Part shown: piece by piece, positions 18,787-28,289 of the stretch | Layout of the letters: each line of letters starts with the position of its first letter | Position numbering within the stretch: the stretch's first letter is position 1 | Assembly: GCA_031359975.1 (NCBI GenBank) | Contig: JANMAS010000499.1 | Coordinates: 3,149 to 67,148 of the forward strand | Length of the DNA: 64,000 nucleotides | From: Burkholderiales bacterium | GTDB lineage: Bacteria > Pseudomonadota > Gammaproteobacteria > Burkholderiales > Burkholderiaceae_C | Direction: 5' to 3' | Program-made: the position numbers and the translations under genes | Notes under the pieces: generated by a model | The model's database searches: none | Told to the model about the DNA's origin: nothing | The model's input: the letters and a program-made list of their open reading frames with translations, nothing else

Positions 18787-18824
18787 CAAGGGCTCCTCTC
18801 GATCTCGATCGATGGATTCTCGGC

Positions 18825-19964
18825 TCAGCGGTGTTCCACCACGCCCTCGATCGGGTCGGTCGGCTCGCGCCAAGGCGAGCGTTCGACCATGCTCATGGTG
18901 TCGGCGTAACCAGCTTCGCGGCGCGCCTTGACGCCTGCGGGCGAAAAGTCGATGTCCTTGCTGTGGTCCTCCCCTTCCAGTCGCGGCGCCAGGAGATGGG
19001 CCACGTGCATCGTGGTGCCACAACCCCACGAGGACAGTTCCTTGACCACAGGATCGGCTTGCTTGCTGGCGGAAAGCTGCTGCGTCAATTGGCGGATCAC
19101 ATGGCGCAGACGGTGGATCTGCTTTTGCCGCGCGATGTGGCTGTCGGCACGGCTGGCGTACTGGATGTCCTTCTGCCTGCCCATGACCTGCCAGATCGAC
19201 TCCGGCTCGGGTGCGGTCTGGTGCCATACGTTGACGGCGAAGATCAGTGAGTCGCGGCGCGGGCGGTCGTCGAGCACGGCCTCGATCGGCGTGTTGGAGT
19301 AGATGCCGCCATCCCAGTAGGGCTCGCCGTCGATGCGCACGGCCGGGAATGCCGGTGGCAGTGCACCCGAGGCCATCACGTGCTCCACGCACAGGCTCTC
19401 CCGCCGGCTGTCGAAATAGCGCATCGCACCGCTGCACGCGTTGACCGCACCGACCGTCAGCCGCATCGGCCCGCCCTGAAGGCTCTTGAAGTCGACCAGT
19501 TTGTTCAGCGTCTGGCGCAGCGGCTCGGTGCTGTAGTAGGCGGCAGATTCCACGCCCACGTTGGCCCGCGTGCCGCGCAAGGCCGCGGTGCTGGGTTCGA
19601 AGAACGCCGGGATGCCGCGCATCACGGTGGTCATGTTGGCCACCAAGTTGCCCATGCCGAGCCAGTCCAGCGGACCGGCTATCGTGGCCGGCTGCTCCAC
19701 GTGCTCCCAGAACGCGTTCAGGCGCCCCATGCGGTCCTCCATCGCATTGCCGGTGATCAGCGCAGCGTTGATGGCGCCGATCGATGTGCCGATGACCCAG
19801 GCAGGCTCGATACCTGCATCGTGCAGGGCCTCGTAGACGCCAACCTGGTAGGCACCCAGGGCGCCGCCGCCCTGAAGCACCAGCACCACTTCGCCGGGCA
19901 GGCCGGACTGTGGCGCCGCGCGGCGGCGCCGGCTTGCGGCAGGGTTGGCTGTGGTCGTGTTCAT
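18825..19964 (-). CDS. Patatin-like phospholipase family protein
   Basis: The ATG at 19964 has an RBS GAGGAAA. An oxyanion GGGALG and the nucleophile elbow GTSIG (GxSxG) are present. Confidence 0.85.
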   Translation of the reverse strand: MNTTTANPAASRRRRAAPQSGLPGEVVLVLQGGGALGAYQVGVYEALHDAGIEPAWVIGTSIGAINAALITGNAMEDRMGRLNAFWEHVEQPATIAGPLDWLGMGNLVANMTTVMRGIPAFFEPSTAALRGTRANVGVESAAYYSTEPLRQTLNKLVDFKSLQGGPMRLTVGAVNACSGAMRYFDSRRESLCVEHVMASGALPPAFPAVRIDGEPYWDGGIYSNTPIEAVLDDRPRRDSLIFAVNVWHQTAPEPESIWQVMGRQKDIQYASRADSHIARQKQIHRLRHVIRQLTQQLSASKQADPVVKELSSWGCGTTMHVAHLLAPRLEGEDHSKDIDFSPAGVKARREAGYADTMSMVERSPWREPTDPIEGVVEHR

Positions 19965-20045
19965 CGTGAGTTTCCTCGATTGCTCTTCTCGCTGGACAGG
20001 GTGATCCCGCGCCGGCATCAGGCAGTCGACGGCGCGGGCGCTGGC

Positions 20046-20519
20046 TTACATCATCATTTCCATCGTGGCAGGCTTCTTGTCGTTGACGATGTCGCCGATG
20101 GTCAGATCGACCGGCACCGAGCCAGTGTTCTTCCACCAGTGCTTGGTGCCCATGAACTCACGCGCGGTTTCGCCGGCCTTGTGAAGAATGGGCACGGCGC
20201 ACTTGCTGCTGTACTCGTAGATCTCGCCGCTGTTGACCATGATCAGCGCCGGCCGGTCTTCGTGGCTGTGCACCGGTACGATGCCGCCGGGCGCAATGGT
20301 CATGTGACGCAGACGCAGACGACGCTGCTCGAGCTTGACGTTCTCCTTGGCAAGGTCGATGGCCGCGAGTTCGGTGTCGACCACGCCCACCGGTGCCGTG
20401 GCCGCACCCGGCAGATCGTTGGCCGCAAGCTTGTCGGCCGGGCACTGGCCAGCGTGGGCAAGACCGGCGACTGCGAGGGCGGTTGCGACGGCGATTTGGC
20501 GCAAGGCTGAGTTGTTCAT
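20046..20519 (-). CDS. Secreted cupin-domain protein
   Basis: The ATG at 20519 gives a signal peptide (MNNSALRQIAVATALAVAGLAHA). The cupin core reads GGIVPVHSHEDRPALIMV...HWWKN. Confidence 0.7.
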   Translation of the reverse strand: MNNSALRQIAVATALAVAGLAHAGQCPADKLAANDLPGAATAPVGVVDTELAAIDLAKENVKLEQRRLRLRHMTIAPGGIVPVHSHEDRPALIMVNSGEIYEYSSKCAVPILHKAGETAREFMGTKHWWKNTGSVPVDLTIGDIVNDKKPATMEMMM

Positions 20520-20593
20520 GGGAGTTGTCCTTGAGTTTTGGCGCAAAGGCCGAGTTGATAAGAGGGAGCGGGAATGAGGTGCGGTTCAGGACG

Positions 20594-21376
20594 TCAATGC
20601 GCCGTCCAGCCGCCTTCGATGGGCAGGATGGCGCCGGTGATCGAGGCGGCGTCGTCCGTGCACAGGAAGGAGGTCAGTGCGGCCACCTGTTCGACAGTCA
20701 CGAACTTCTTGGTCGGCTGCGCGGCCAGCAGCACATTGCGGATGACTTCGTCGTTGCTGATGCCACGCGCCCTGGCGGTATCCGGGATCTGCTGTTCGAC
20801 CAGCGGTGTCAATACGTAGCCGGGGCACACCGCGTTGACGGTGATGCCAAGCTCGGCGACTTCGAGTGCCACAGCCTTGGTGAAGCCGGCCACACCATGC
20901 TTGGCGGTGACGTAGGCCGACTTGTAGGGGCTGGCCACCAGCGCATGTGCGGAGGCGATGTTGACGACGCGCCCGAAGCCCTTGTTCTTCATCGCGGGCA
21001 GCGCCAGCCGCGTGGTGTGGAAGCCGGCCGACAGGTTGATGGCCAGGATCGCGTACCACTTGTCGACCGGGAATTCGTCCACCGGCGCCACATGCTGTAT
21101 GCCGGCGTTGTTGATGAGCAAGTCGATGCAGCCGAACTCCGACAGGGCCTTGCTCATCATGGCTTCGATGGCTTCGGGCCGGCTCATGTCGGCGCCGTCG
21201 TAGCGCACCTGCACGTCGTAGAGCTCGGCGAGTTCGCCCTTCAGCGTGTCGATGGCTCCGTGTTCGCCGAAGCCATTGAGAATGACATTCGCGCCCTGCG
21301 CGGCCAGGCTGCGTGCGATGCCCAGGCCGATGCCCGAGGTCGAGCCGGTGACGAGGGCGGTCTTTCCGATGAACAT
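20594..21376 (-). CDS. bdhA: 3-hydroxybutyrate dehydrogenase (SDR family)
   Basis: 260 aa. Motifs are TGSTSGIGLGIA (cofactor) and a catalytic YxxxK (YVTAKHG). Overall it resembles BdhA. Confidence 0.8.
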   Translation of the reverse strand: MFIGKTALVTGSTSGIGLGIARSLAAQGANVILNGFGEHGAIDTLKGELAELYDVQVRYDGADMSRPEAIEAMMSKALSEFGCIDLLINNAGIQHVAPVDEFPVDKWYAILAINLSAGFHTTRLALPAMKNKGFGRVVNIASAHALVASPYKSAYVTAKHGVAGFTKAVALEVAELGITVNAVCPGYVLTPLVEQQIPDTARARGISNDEVIRNVLLAAQPTKKFVTVEQVAALTSFLCTDDAASITGAILPIEGGWTAH

Positions 21377-21388
21377 GATGAAGTGCTC

Positions 21389-22720
21389 CTAGGGTTGCGG
21401 GTGGCGGGCAGGCGTGGTCGGCACGGGGGGCGCGGAGGGGGCATCGATATCGGCGGTGCGGGTGAAGCGCAGGTGGGTGATGTCGACCGGGAAAAACAGG
21501 CTCCACGTCCATTCCACCCAGATGCGTACCTTGCGGCCCAGCGTGGGCATGAGGAACAGGTAATAGGCACGCCACACCAGCCAGGCAGGCAGGCCGGTCA
21601 AGGGCAAGCCAAACAGCTGGGCCACGGCTTTGCGGTGCCCGGTTGTGGCCATCATTCCCTTCGACCGGTGGCTGAACGCGCGCACGGCGCGCCCTTCGAT
21701 GTGCGCAACGAGGTTGCGGGCCAGCTGCTCGGCCTGCGCGACGGCGAACTGCGCGGTAGGCGGGCTGGTCTGCCCATCGGCCCCGTTGAGGGTGGCCGCA
21801 CAATCGCCCACGGCCCACAGCCCTGGCCGGCCTGCGACCTGGCCGTCGGGCTCGGTCACGATGCGGCCGCGCAGCAGGGTCAGGCCAAGGTGCTGGACCA
21901 GCGGATTGCTGCTGGCACCGATCGTGCACACCACGGTGTCGGCTGCCAGGCGAGTGCCGCCGACCAGGTCGACGCCGTGTGCGTCGACGCTCACGGCGCG
22001 TGTGCCCAGGCGCACATCAACGCCGCGCTGGCGAAGCGATCGTGCAGCGGCCTCGCCAAGCCGGGCCGGAAGTTCCGGCAGCAGGCGGTCGGTGTCGTGC
22101 AGCAGAGAGACGCGCAGTTCGTCGGCCTTGACGCGGCGATAGCAGCGGTGGGCGCTGCGGATGAAATCAGCCACGGCACCCGCAACCTCCACGCCTGAAA
22201 AGCCCCCGCCGATGACGACGAAGTGGCCCAGCGAGCGCCGTTGCTGGTCGTCGCTGATCAGCTCGATATGTGCCAGCCGTTGCAGCAGCCGGTTGCGGAT
22301 GTGCATCGCATCACCCACCAGTTTGAGGGGCAGCGCGTGTTCGGCCAAGCCGGGGATGAGCTTCAGGTTGGCGCGTTGGCCGACGGCCAGCACCAGGTGG
22401 TCGAAGGCGATCTCGAGCGGGCCCGCAAGCGTCGAGCAGACCAAGGTCTGCGTCGCATGATCGACCTGCAGGAGGCAGCCCATGATGAAGCGGGTCGCGG
22501 GCACCATCTCGCGGATCGGCGCGATCACGTGTTCGGGAAACACGGCCGCCCCGACCACTTCGGCAAGCATTGGATTGAAGGTGGTGTAGCTCTCTTCGCT
22601 CAGCAGCACGGCCTGCCAGCCTGCGGGCAAGCGCCCTTGGAGGCCACGCGCAAGCGTTGTACCGGCAAAGCCGCCGCCGGCGATCACGATGGTCCTGAGG
22701 GTGGGTGGGTGGGTGTTCAT
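21389..22720 (-). CDS. Type II NADH dehydrogenase-like FAD/NAD(P) oxidoreductase
   Basis: The ATG at 22720 gives TIVIAGGGFAGTTLA. A second dinucleotide fold reads VVIGGGFSGVEVAG. The C-terminal membrane-associating tail is present. Confidence 0.8.
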   Translation of the reverse strand: MNTHPPTLRTIVIAGGGFAGTTLARGLQGRLPAGWQAVLLSEESYTTFNPMLAEVVGAAVFPEHVIAPIREMVPATRFIMGCLLQVDHATQTLVCSTLAGPLEIAFDHLVLAVGQRANLKLIPGLAEHALPLKLVGDAMHIRNRLLQRLAHIELISDDQQRRSLGHFVVIGGGFSGVEVAGAVADFIRSAHRCYRRVKADELRVSLLHDTDRLLPELPARLGEAAARSLRQRGVDVRLGTRAVSVDAHGVDLVGGTRLAADTVVCTIGASSNPLVQHLGLTLLRGRIVTEPDGQVAGRPGLWAVGDCAATLNGADGQTSPPTAQFAVAQAEQLARNLVAHIEGRAVRAFSHRSKGMMATTGHRKAVAQLFGLPLTGLPAWLVWRAYYLFLMPTLGRKVRIWVEWTWSLFFPVDITHLRFTRTADIDAPSAPPVPTTPARHPQP

Positions 22721-22841
22721 GGCTTGCTCAACAACGAAGGCAAGCGTAAGCACCGACGGCCGCTTGGGAAAATCACAAGATTTCATCGACCGATCGTCAC
22801 CGGTTATGGCGCCAGGGACCGATCGTTGTAAGGGTTGGCAG

Positions 22842-23759
22842 ATGTCCACGACGAACCAGCCCATGGAGCTATACCAGATCCGCTATTTCCTGGCCGTTGC
22901 CGACACGCTGAACTTCACGCGGGCCTCAGAGCGTTCTTTCGTATCGCAGCCAGCACTGACCAAGGCGATTCAACGCCTGGAAGAGGCGATCGGAGGGCGC
23001 CTGTTCGACCGCACGAAGAACTCGGTCCAGCTCACCGAACTGGGCCGGGGCATGCTGCCGAACTTCCGCCAGATTTACGAGACCGCCAATCAAGCGCGCG
23101 CAGAGGCCCGCCGACTGACGCGGGCGCAGACGGAGGTGGTGCGTGTCGGCGTGATGTGCACGATCGACTTCCACCAGGTTCTGCCGGGCTTCGTCGAAAG
23201 CCAGGAGGGCCGCAACGAGGTCGAGCTGAGCTTTCGCGAGGGCAACCTCGAAGCATTGACCGACGCCCTCGACGGGGGCGACGTGGACGTGGGCATCATG
23301 TGCTCACCCTACGAAATGCCCAAACGGTTTGCCGCCACGCCGCTGTTCAGAGAGGAGTACGTGCTGGCGATTGGCGACGACCACCGCTTCAGCGGACGCA
23401 CGAGCGTGGAGATGTCGGAACTGCACCGCGAGCGCTACTGCGAACGTGTGATGTGCGAGTTTTCGACCTACATCGAACGCCTGTTGCGCGAGCGCAGCGT
23501 GATGCTCGAGGTCGTGCAGCAGTCGTCACGCGAGGACTGGATACAGGCCTTGGTGCGCGCGAACTTCGGGGTCGCCTTCATGCCCGTTTCACTCGCACGC
23601 GCGGCTGGCCTCGCCTACGTGACCATGACCGACGTACCCATCGTCCGGGAGGTCAGTGTGCTGACGCAGGCCGAACGGCCGACGAGCGCGGCGCAACAGG
23701 CCGTCATCGACTCGCTGGTGACGTACAGCTGGGGGCGAGGGCGGCCGGCGCCTGCATGA
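22842..23759 (+). CDS. LysR-family transcriptional regulator
   Basis: The ATG at 22842 gives the wHTH YQIRYFLAVADTLNFTRASERSFVSQPALTKAIQRLEE. It is divergent from the NDH-2-like gene. Its 3' end (about 23490-23756) is duplicated in inverted orientation at about 27995-28253. Confidence 0.85.
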   Translation: MSTTNQPMELYQIRYFLAVADTLNFTRASERSFVSQPALTKAIQRLEEAIGGRLFDRTKNSVQLTELGRGMLPNFRQIYETANQARAEARRLTRAQTEVVRVGVMCTIDFHQVLPGFVESQEGRNEVELSFREGNLEALTDALDGGDVDVGIMCSPYEMPKRFAATPLFREEYVLAIGDDHRFSGRTSVEMSELHRERYCERVMCEFSTYIERLLRERSVMLEVVQQSSREDWIQALVRANFGVAFMPVSLARAAGLAYVTMTDVPIVREVSVLTQAERPTSAAQQAVIDSLVTYSWGRGRPAPA

Positions 23760-24542
23760 ACCCGGCGACTCGTCCGGGTGCGCAACCCTTCGGCTGAGCC
23801 TGGCCACTGGCCAGCCCGGTGCACGCAACGCCCCCGAGAAGCCCCCGACTCGCCGCCCTTTGTCGGTTTGCCTGTCACCAAGGATCAATTCGGCCCGATG
23901 GGCGTGAATGACGGCAAGAAGTGAAGTCACCGCCACGGTGACCGCCCTGGCGGTGCTGCATCGCTGCCAAGCTGGCGGCGACGCGAAAATCACCGGCGTG
24001 CGGACGGCGCGCTTCGTGCTGCCTGGTCAGCGCTGAGACGATCGACCGGTCAGCCGCGCCAGCAAGGGCATCCAGGTCGAACGTCGAATCCAGAGCAGCG
24101 CCGCACAGGCCACCCAGATGCCGCAGGCCAGCGCGAAGAGCTCGCCGCCGTCGCTGCTGCCGTCGGTGTTGACGCCTGGTACCAATATCCCGCCGACTGG
24201 CCAGTGTTATCTTGGATGCCGCCCGACGCGCTGGTGGTCCAACGACAGCGGGCGCAGTTCAAGATGCCTCGGCTTGATGTGGACAACTACCTCGATGTCC
24301 TTCTGCGCCAGGTGCTCGTTCAGACCGCCAAGGCACTCGCAACCCATCGCGCGATTCTGTGATCGCACGCATCAGCTACTGGTCAGGTTCCGGCATATCG
24401 GTCGGATCTCCAGATGATCAGGCGCGCATCGTGAGGTGGTGCTGCAACATCTTCCAATTCAGCACCACCTGGCCACGGGCGATGCGCTGCAACCGTCACC
24501 CGGCCGGGGCCGGACGACAGCAGCTCGGCACGTGAATGCAGC

Positions 24543-26723
24543 TCAAGGCTGACCTTGCCCCGAGAGAAGTTCGAGGCTGTACTTCACCAGGGGATCCCCA
24601 GGTTCGCGCTTGAAGGCCAGCGAGGCGACGATGCTCCTGCCCGGCATGATCACGCCGTCCTTCAGATAGACCCGCAGATACGGGTCGCCGGCTTGCGTCT
24701 TGCCGCTGCCGTTGACCAGTTCGACCCGGCGTGGAAGACCCGTGACCACCATCAGCAGATGCGTGTCGATGACCGACGTGCCGTTGTTGGTGATGCGGTA
24801 CACATCCCTTTGCCGGTCGTCCTCGCGGTCGCGATCGACCAGCGCGATTTGCGCCCGCGAGGTCACGTTCAGGAACTCGAGACCCTGGTCGCGCCTTGAT
24901 AGCGGATCGTTGTTGTCGACGGGCCGCCCGCTGGGCATGAAGGCATCCTTGGCGCCCAGGGCGGCCAGATCCGGACGGTACTTCGAGTAAGTCAGGTCTC
25001 GTTCGTTCGGCTGAAACGAATCGGTGCTCGACTTGGGGTCGTACTTGACGAACGCACGGTCGTAAAGAGCGTCCTTCAGGAAGTCGGTGAGATCGTCGAC
25101 CTGCCCCGCCGAAAGGCCCAGGCCCCTCGAAAAACCCGGCCCGCGAGGATTCGTGAAGCGGGTGGACAGGGTCGGCGCTGAGCCGGCGGTCGCGTCCTGG
25201 GGTACGCCTGCGTTGAAGTACTCGACCACGTCACGGACTTTGGTGAACGAAGCGTTGTGGAAGAAGTTTCCCCCGTCCTTGAGCTGACGCAGGGTCAAGC
25301 TGCGGAACTTGAAGGCATGGTCCGGGTTACGGGTGATTTCCTGACGCCCCGTGTCTTCGGCGTGATAGGGAAAGCCGTCATTGCCCAGCCTGTTGGGGTC
25401 GAGATGGCCCCTCTCCAATGCGTTGAGCGCCTGGACCGGGTGGTCGCCGATACCGACGTTGACGAAGTTCTCCTCGACAAATGCGCCGATGCCGGCGACG
25501 TCGGGGTCATCCGCCTGCTTGTTGAGCATCGGCCCACTGTGGCAGGCGACGCAGCCGGCGCCGCCCTCGGTGGCCTTGCCGAAGAAGAGCTGCGCGCCGC
25601 GCCGCTGGCTGGCGGTCAATGCGCGGTTGTCCCCGGCGATGAACCGATCGAATGGCGTATTGCGCGTGACGACCGTGCGCAGGAAAGTCGCCGTCGCGCG
25701 CAGCGCGGTCACGTCGTTCACGAGCTTCGTCATGTCACCCGTCGCAGCGGCATCGGCAGCTTCCTTCGGGAAGGCGTCCTGGAACAGTTTCACGAAGGCT
25801 GGGACGTTGATGATCTCCGCCGACTGCTTGTCAATCATGCGGTGGGCGTCGAGAAGCAGAAGCGTCAGGTTCTCGCCCGCCGGATCGGCGAACGGGTTGA
25901 GCGCGCCAATCGTCGTCTCCGGCTCTCCTGCGAAGCCGCCAAAGAGAAGGCGGTTGTTGAACGCGAAACCGATCACCGACATCGACATGCGCCCCACGCT
26001 GTCCAGCTCGTCGAGCCGGCCCGTGGCAATCAGCTCGCTCGGCGCCGGCTCATGGCGGAAGGCCGCTGGTGTGGTGACCGTCCGTTGGCCGAGGATCGTG
26101 TCGATATCGGTCAGCGTCGGAAGCCCGTCGACCAGCGTGTCACCCGCGAAGATTGGCGCGGAGCGCTTCTTGATGAGGATCTCCTGGGTTCGGCGGCGGA
26201 CGATGAAGTTGCCCTTGTCGTCGGTGTATCCGCGGCCCTCGGCGCCAACGTGCAGGTTGATCTGCTGGCCGGCCTTGGTCGCCGCCTCGCCGAAGTGGCA
26301 GGTGCCGCACGACCCGGTCTGTCTTGTCGCATCGACGATCGCCTGGACGCTCGGATTGGAGGCGTCCACAGTACCGCCGAAGGCCGTCGCCACGGGGAGG
26401 TTGACCGGCACGCTCTCGTTGATGTTGATGCGCGCGGTTCGAACGGGATCGTGGAAGAGCATCTTGCCGAGGAAACGCTTCGCCTCGGTTGTCTTGTAGC
26501 GATCCGGCTCTTCCGCCTTCCCCGGTGGCACCGGGATATCACGATTCTTCGCCGGAACCATCAGTTTGGCGATGCCGCCCACTTGCTGGTCGATGAAGCT
26601 GCGCAGTTTCTCCGGGCTCAGGCCGCGGTGGTCATCGTCGGCGCCGACCGCGCCGCAAACGGCGAAGAGCGCGGTGGCCATTGCGGCGCGAAGAGCGCGG
26701 GGGTTGTTACAAGTCTTGGTCAT
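24543..26723 (-). CDS. Di-heme cytochrome c peroxidase / MauG-family protein, atypically large (726 aa), secreted
   Basis: The ATG at 26723 has an RBS AGGAG. There is a signal-like N-terminus and two CxxCH motifs (CGTCH at residues 139-143, CVACH at 391-395). CCP landmarks are LFHDP, TPFDRF, FKFRSLTLRQL and FFHN. A long inter-heme insertion and a C-terminal extension are present. Confidence 0.8.
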   Translation of the reverse strand: MTKTCNNPRALRAAMATALFAVCGAVGADDDHRGLSPEKLRSFIDQQVGGIAKLMVPAKNRDIPVPPGKAEEPDRYKTTEAKRFLGKMLFHDPVRTARININESVPVNLPVATAFGGTVDASNPSVQAIVDATRQTGSCGTCHFGEAATKAGQQINLHVGAEGRGYTDDKGNFIVRRRTQEILIKKRSAPIFAGDTLVDGLPTLTDIDTILGQRTVTTPAAFRHEPAPSELIATGRLDELDSVGRMSMSVIGFAFNNRLLFGGFAGEPETTIGALNPFADPAGENLTLLLLDAHRMIDKQSAEIINVPAFVKLFQDAFPKEAADAAATGDMTKLVNDVTALRATATFLRTVVTRNTPFDRFIAGDNRALTASQRRGAQLFFGKATEGGAGCVACHSGPMLNKQADDPDVAGIGAFVEENFVNVGIGDHPVQALNALERGHLDPNRLGNDGFPYHAEDTGRQEITRNPDHAFKFRSLTLRQLKDGGNFFHNASFTKVRDVVEYFNAGVPQDATAGSAPTLSTRFTNPRGPGFSRGLGLSAGQVDDLTDFLKDALYDRAFVKYDPKSSTDSFQPNERDLTYSKYRPDLAALGAKDAFMPSGRPVDNNDPLSRRDQGLEFLNVTSRAQIALVDRDREDDRQRDVYRITNNGTSVIDTHLLMVVTGLPRRVELVNGSGKTQAGDPYLRVYLKDGVIMPGRSIVASLAFKREPGDPLVKYSLELLSGQGQP

Positions 26724-26902
26724 GAAATCTCCTGATGCGTCCAACGAATGCAGTTCGAATCCAGGTCGAGAGCGCCTGTCGCTTCGCCATCGATGTCGAC
26801 CTGGATGCGCGCAGTTCGATGGGCGTCGCTTCTTGCACCCAAGGCTGCCTGCCAGCCGAGCAAGGCGAAAAAAAACGAAAAGACGTAAGCCCGCCAGCGC
26901 AT
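26720..26902 (-). CDS. Candidate small secreted peptide (60 aa) coupled to the di-heme protein gene
   Basis: ATG start. The Sec-signal-like N-terminus is MRWRAYVFSFFFALLGWQAALGA, and the 37-aa tail contains NCIRW. Its stop overlaps the downstream start (ATGA). The SD is weak and third-position GC is lower, so this is tentative. Confidence 0.3.
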   Translation of the reverse strand: MRWRAYVFSFFFALLGWQAALGARSDAHRTARIQVDIDGEATGALDLDSNCIRWTHQEIS

Positions 26903-27072
26903 CGAACGACCGACGAAGCAATAACTCTTCAGATCTGCGAATGCCGATCTGCGCGTGCCTCAATGACACTCCATCCGGTCATTTCCGTCTTGCACAAACC
27001 CACCGCCGGCTGCGACAAGCGCGGGGCCCTTCTTGCAAACGTGCGGCGCGCTTTTGGCCGCCCGGGACTGTG

Positions 27073-27981
27073 ATGGGTGCCGACCACGCCGTCCCGAAAC
27101 CGAGCCAGCCTCTGCGTCGCGGTGCCGAGGCCTACGGACGCGTGCTCTCCGAAGCGGGGGGCAAGGAAACCGAGGCGCTCGAGCGTGACGACGGCGGTAT
27201 CGCGATCAGCGTGTCTCTCTATGCTTCACCGCCTTACGCGCTGAGCGTGCCGCCATTGGGCGTTTCGCGCCTGTCGGTGAACCTGACGCCAGCGCGCGTC
27301 ATCGGTGGCATTGAAGGTGATCGCCCACGCAGTTTCGACGCCCGCCGGCACTCGCTCTTCCTGACGCCGGCCGGGCAACCTGTGAGCTGGCGCAAGGAGT
27401 CGCCCAGCCGTCACCTGAACATCTATTTCCAGCGGGACGTATTCGGTGCTGGCGACCAGGACGCGTCGCCTCTTGCGACCGCGCCGACACTCTTGAACGC
27501 CAGCATCCCGGGCATCGGCGAGCTGGTCGAGCAGCTCGTGGTCGAGTTGCGGTGCCCGAGTGTCATGAGCGCCGAGGCAGCCGACAGTTGCGCGCGCCTG
27601 TTGCTGATACATGTGGCGCGTCACGGCCGGCGCACGTCGAAGACCTTGCAACCGCTCAAGCCCGACGACTTGGCCCGATTGCGCGATTTCGTGATCGCGC
27701 ATTTGGGTGAACGCATCCTCGTCGCGGATCTGGCCAAGCAGGCGGGCCTGTCACTCAACCACTTCGCGATCTCCTTTGCTGGCCAGACCGGACAAACGCC
27801 GCACAAGTTCGTGCTCGCGTTGAGGGTCGAACGCGCGGCCGCGATGCTCACCCGATCGAACGCCAGCTTGGCCGCGATTGCCCATGATTGCGGCTTCGCG
27901 AGTCAGCAGCATCTGTGCCATGCCGTTCGCAGGCACCTGGGTAAGACGCCAAGCAGCTTGCGGGCGCAGCGCAAGCGCTGA
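27073..27981 (+). CDS. AraC-family transcriptional regulator
   Basis: The internal ATG at 27073 of ORF 26566..27981 is used. A C-terminal AraC HTH pair is present (LAKQAGLSLNHFAISF...IAHDCGFASQQHLCHAVRR). It is divergent from the di-heme protein gene. Confidence 0.8.
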   Translation: MGADHAVPKPSQPLRRGAEAYGRVLSEAGGKETEALERDDGGIAISVSLYASPPYALSVPPLGVSRLSVNLTPARVIGGIEGDRPRSFDARRHSLFLTPAGQPVSWRKESPSRHLNIYFQRDVFGAGDQDASPLATAPTLLNASIPGIGELVEQLVVELRCPSVMSAEAADSCARLLLIHVARHGRRTSKTLQPLKPDDLARLRDFVIAHLGERILVADLAKQAGLSLNHFAISFAGQTGQTPHKFVLALRVERAAAMLTRSNASLAAIAHDCGFASQQHLCHAVRRHLGKTPSSLRAQRKR

Positions 27982-27994
27982 ACGCATGCGGGCT

Positions 27995-28253
27995 CGGCCC
28001 GGCCTCTCCCCAAGCCACAAGCCAACAGCTGGTTGATGACGGTCTCCCGCGCCGCGATGGTGGGTCGTTCGGCTTGCGTCAGCACACTGACTTCCTGGAC
28101 GATGGGCAAACCGGTCATGCTCATGAGGGCCGGCCCGGTCGTCCGGTCGTGTGAAACAGGCATGAATGGGACCCCGCAGTCCGCGCGCACCAAGGCCTGT
28201 ATCCAGTCCTCGCGTGAGGACTGCTGGACCACTTCCCGCGTGACGCTGCGCTT
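27995..28253 (-). pseudogene. LysR-family C-terminal fragment (inverted partial duplicate of the 22842..23759 3' end)
   Basis: The translation RSVTREVVQQSSREDWIQALVRADCGVPFMPVS...IVQEVSVLTQAERPT...GRGRAEPA aligns with RSVMLEVVQQSSREDWIQALVRANFGVAFMPVS...IVREVSVLTQAERPT...GRGRPAPA. No N-terminal HTH is present. Confidence 0.75.
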
Positions 28254-28289
28254 GCACCGCCACAATTGTCATTGGCGTGAGCTTTGTCG

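Noticed and set aside
20393-22198. 601-aa plus-strand ORF across the cupin, bdhA and NDH-2-like genes
   Set aside because: It is antisense to three supported genes and has a repetitive Gly/Arg/Ala/His-rich translation.
23760-24542. Gene-less ~780-bp gap with short ORFs (for example a 46-codon minus-strand ORF at 24207-24347, and track ORFs 24050..24286 and 24118..24417)
   Set aside because: No start/RBS context or recognisable family was found. These are probably decayed sequence and are left unannotated. The inverted repeat GGTGGTGCTG..CAGCACCACC at about 24433-24470, downstream of the di-heme gene, lacks a U-tract and was not called as a terminator.
25257-26735. 492-aa plus-strand ORF opposite the di-heme protein gene
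   Set aside because: The minus-strand frame contains the CxxCH motifs and CCP landmarks. The plus-strand frame has none.
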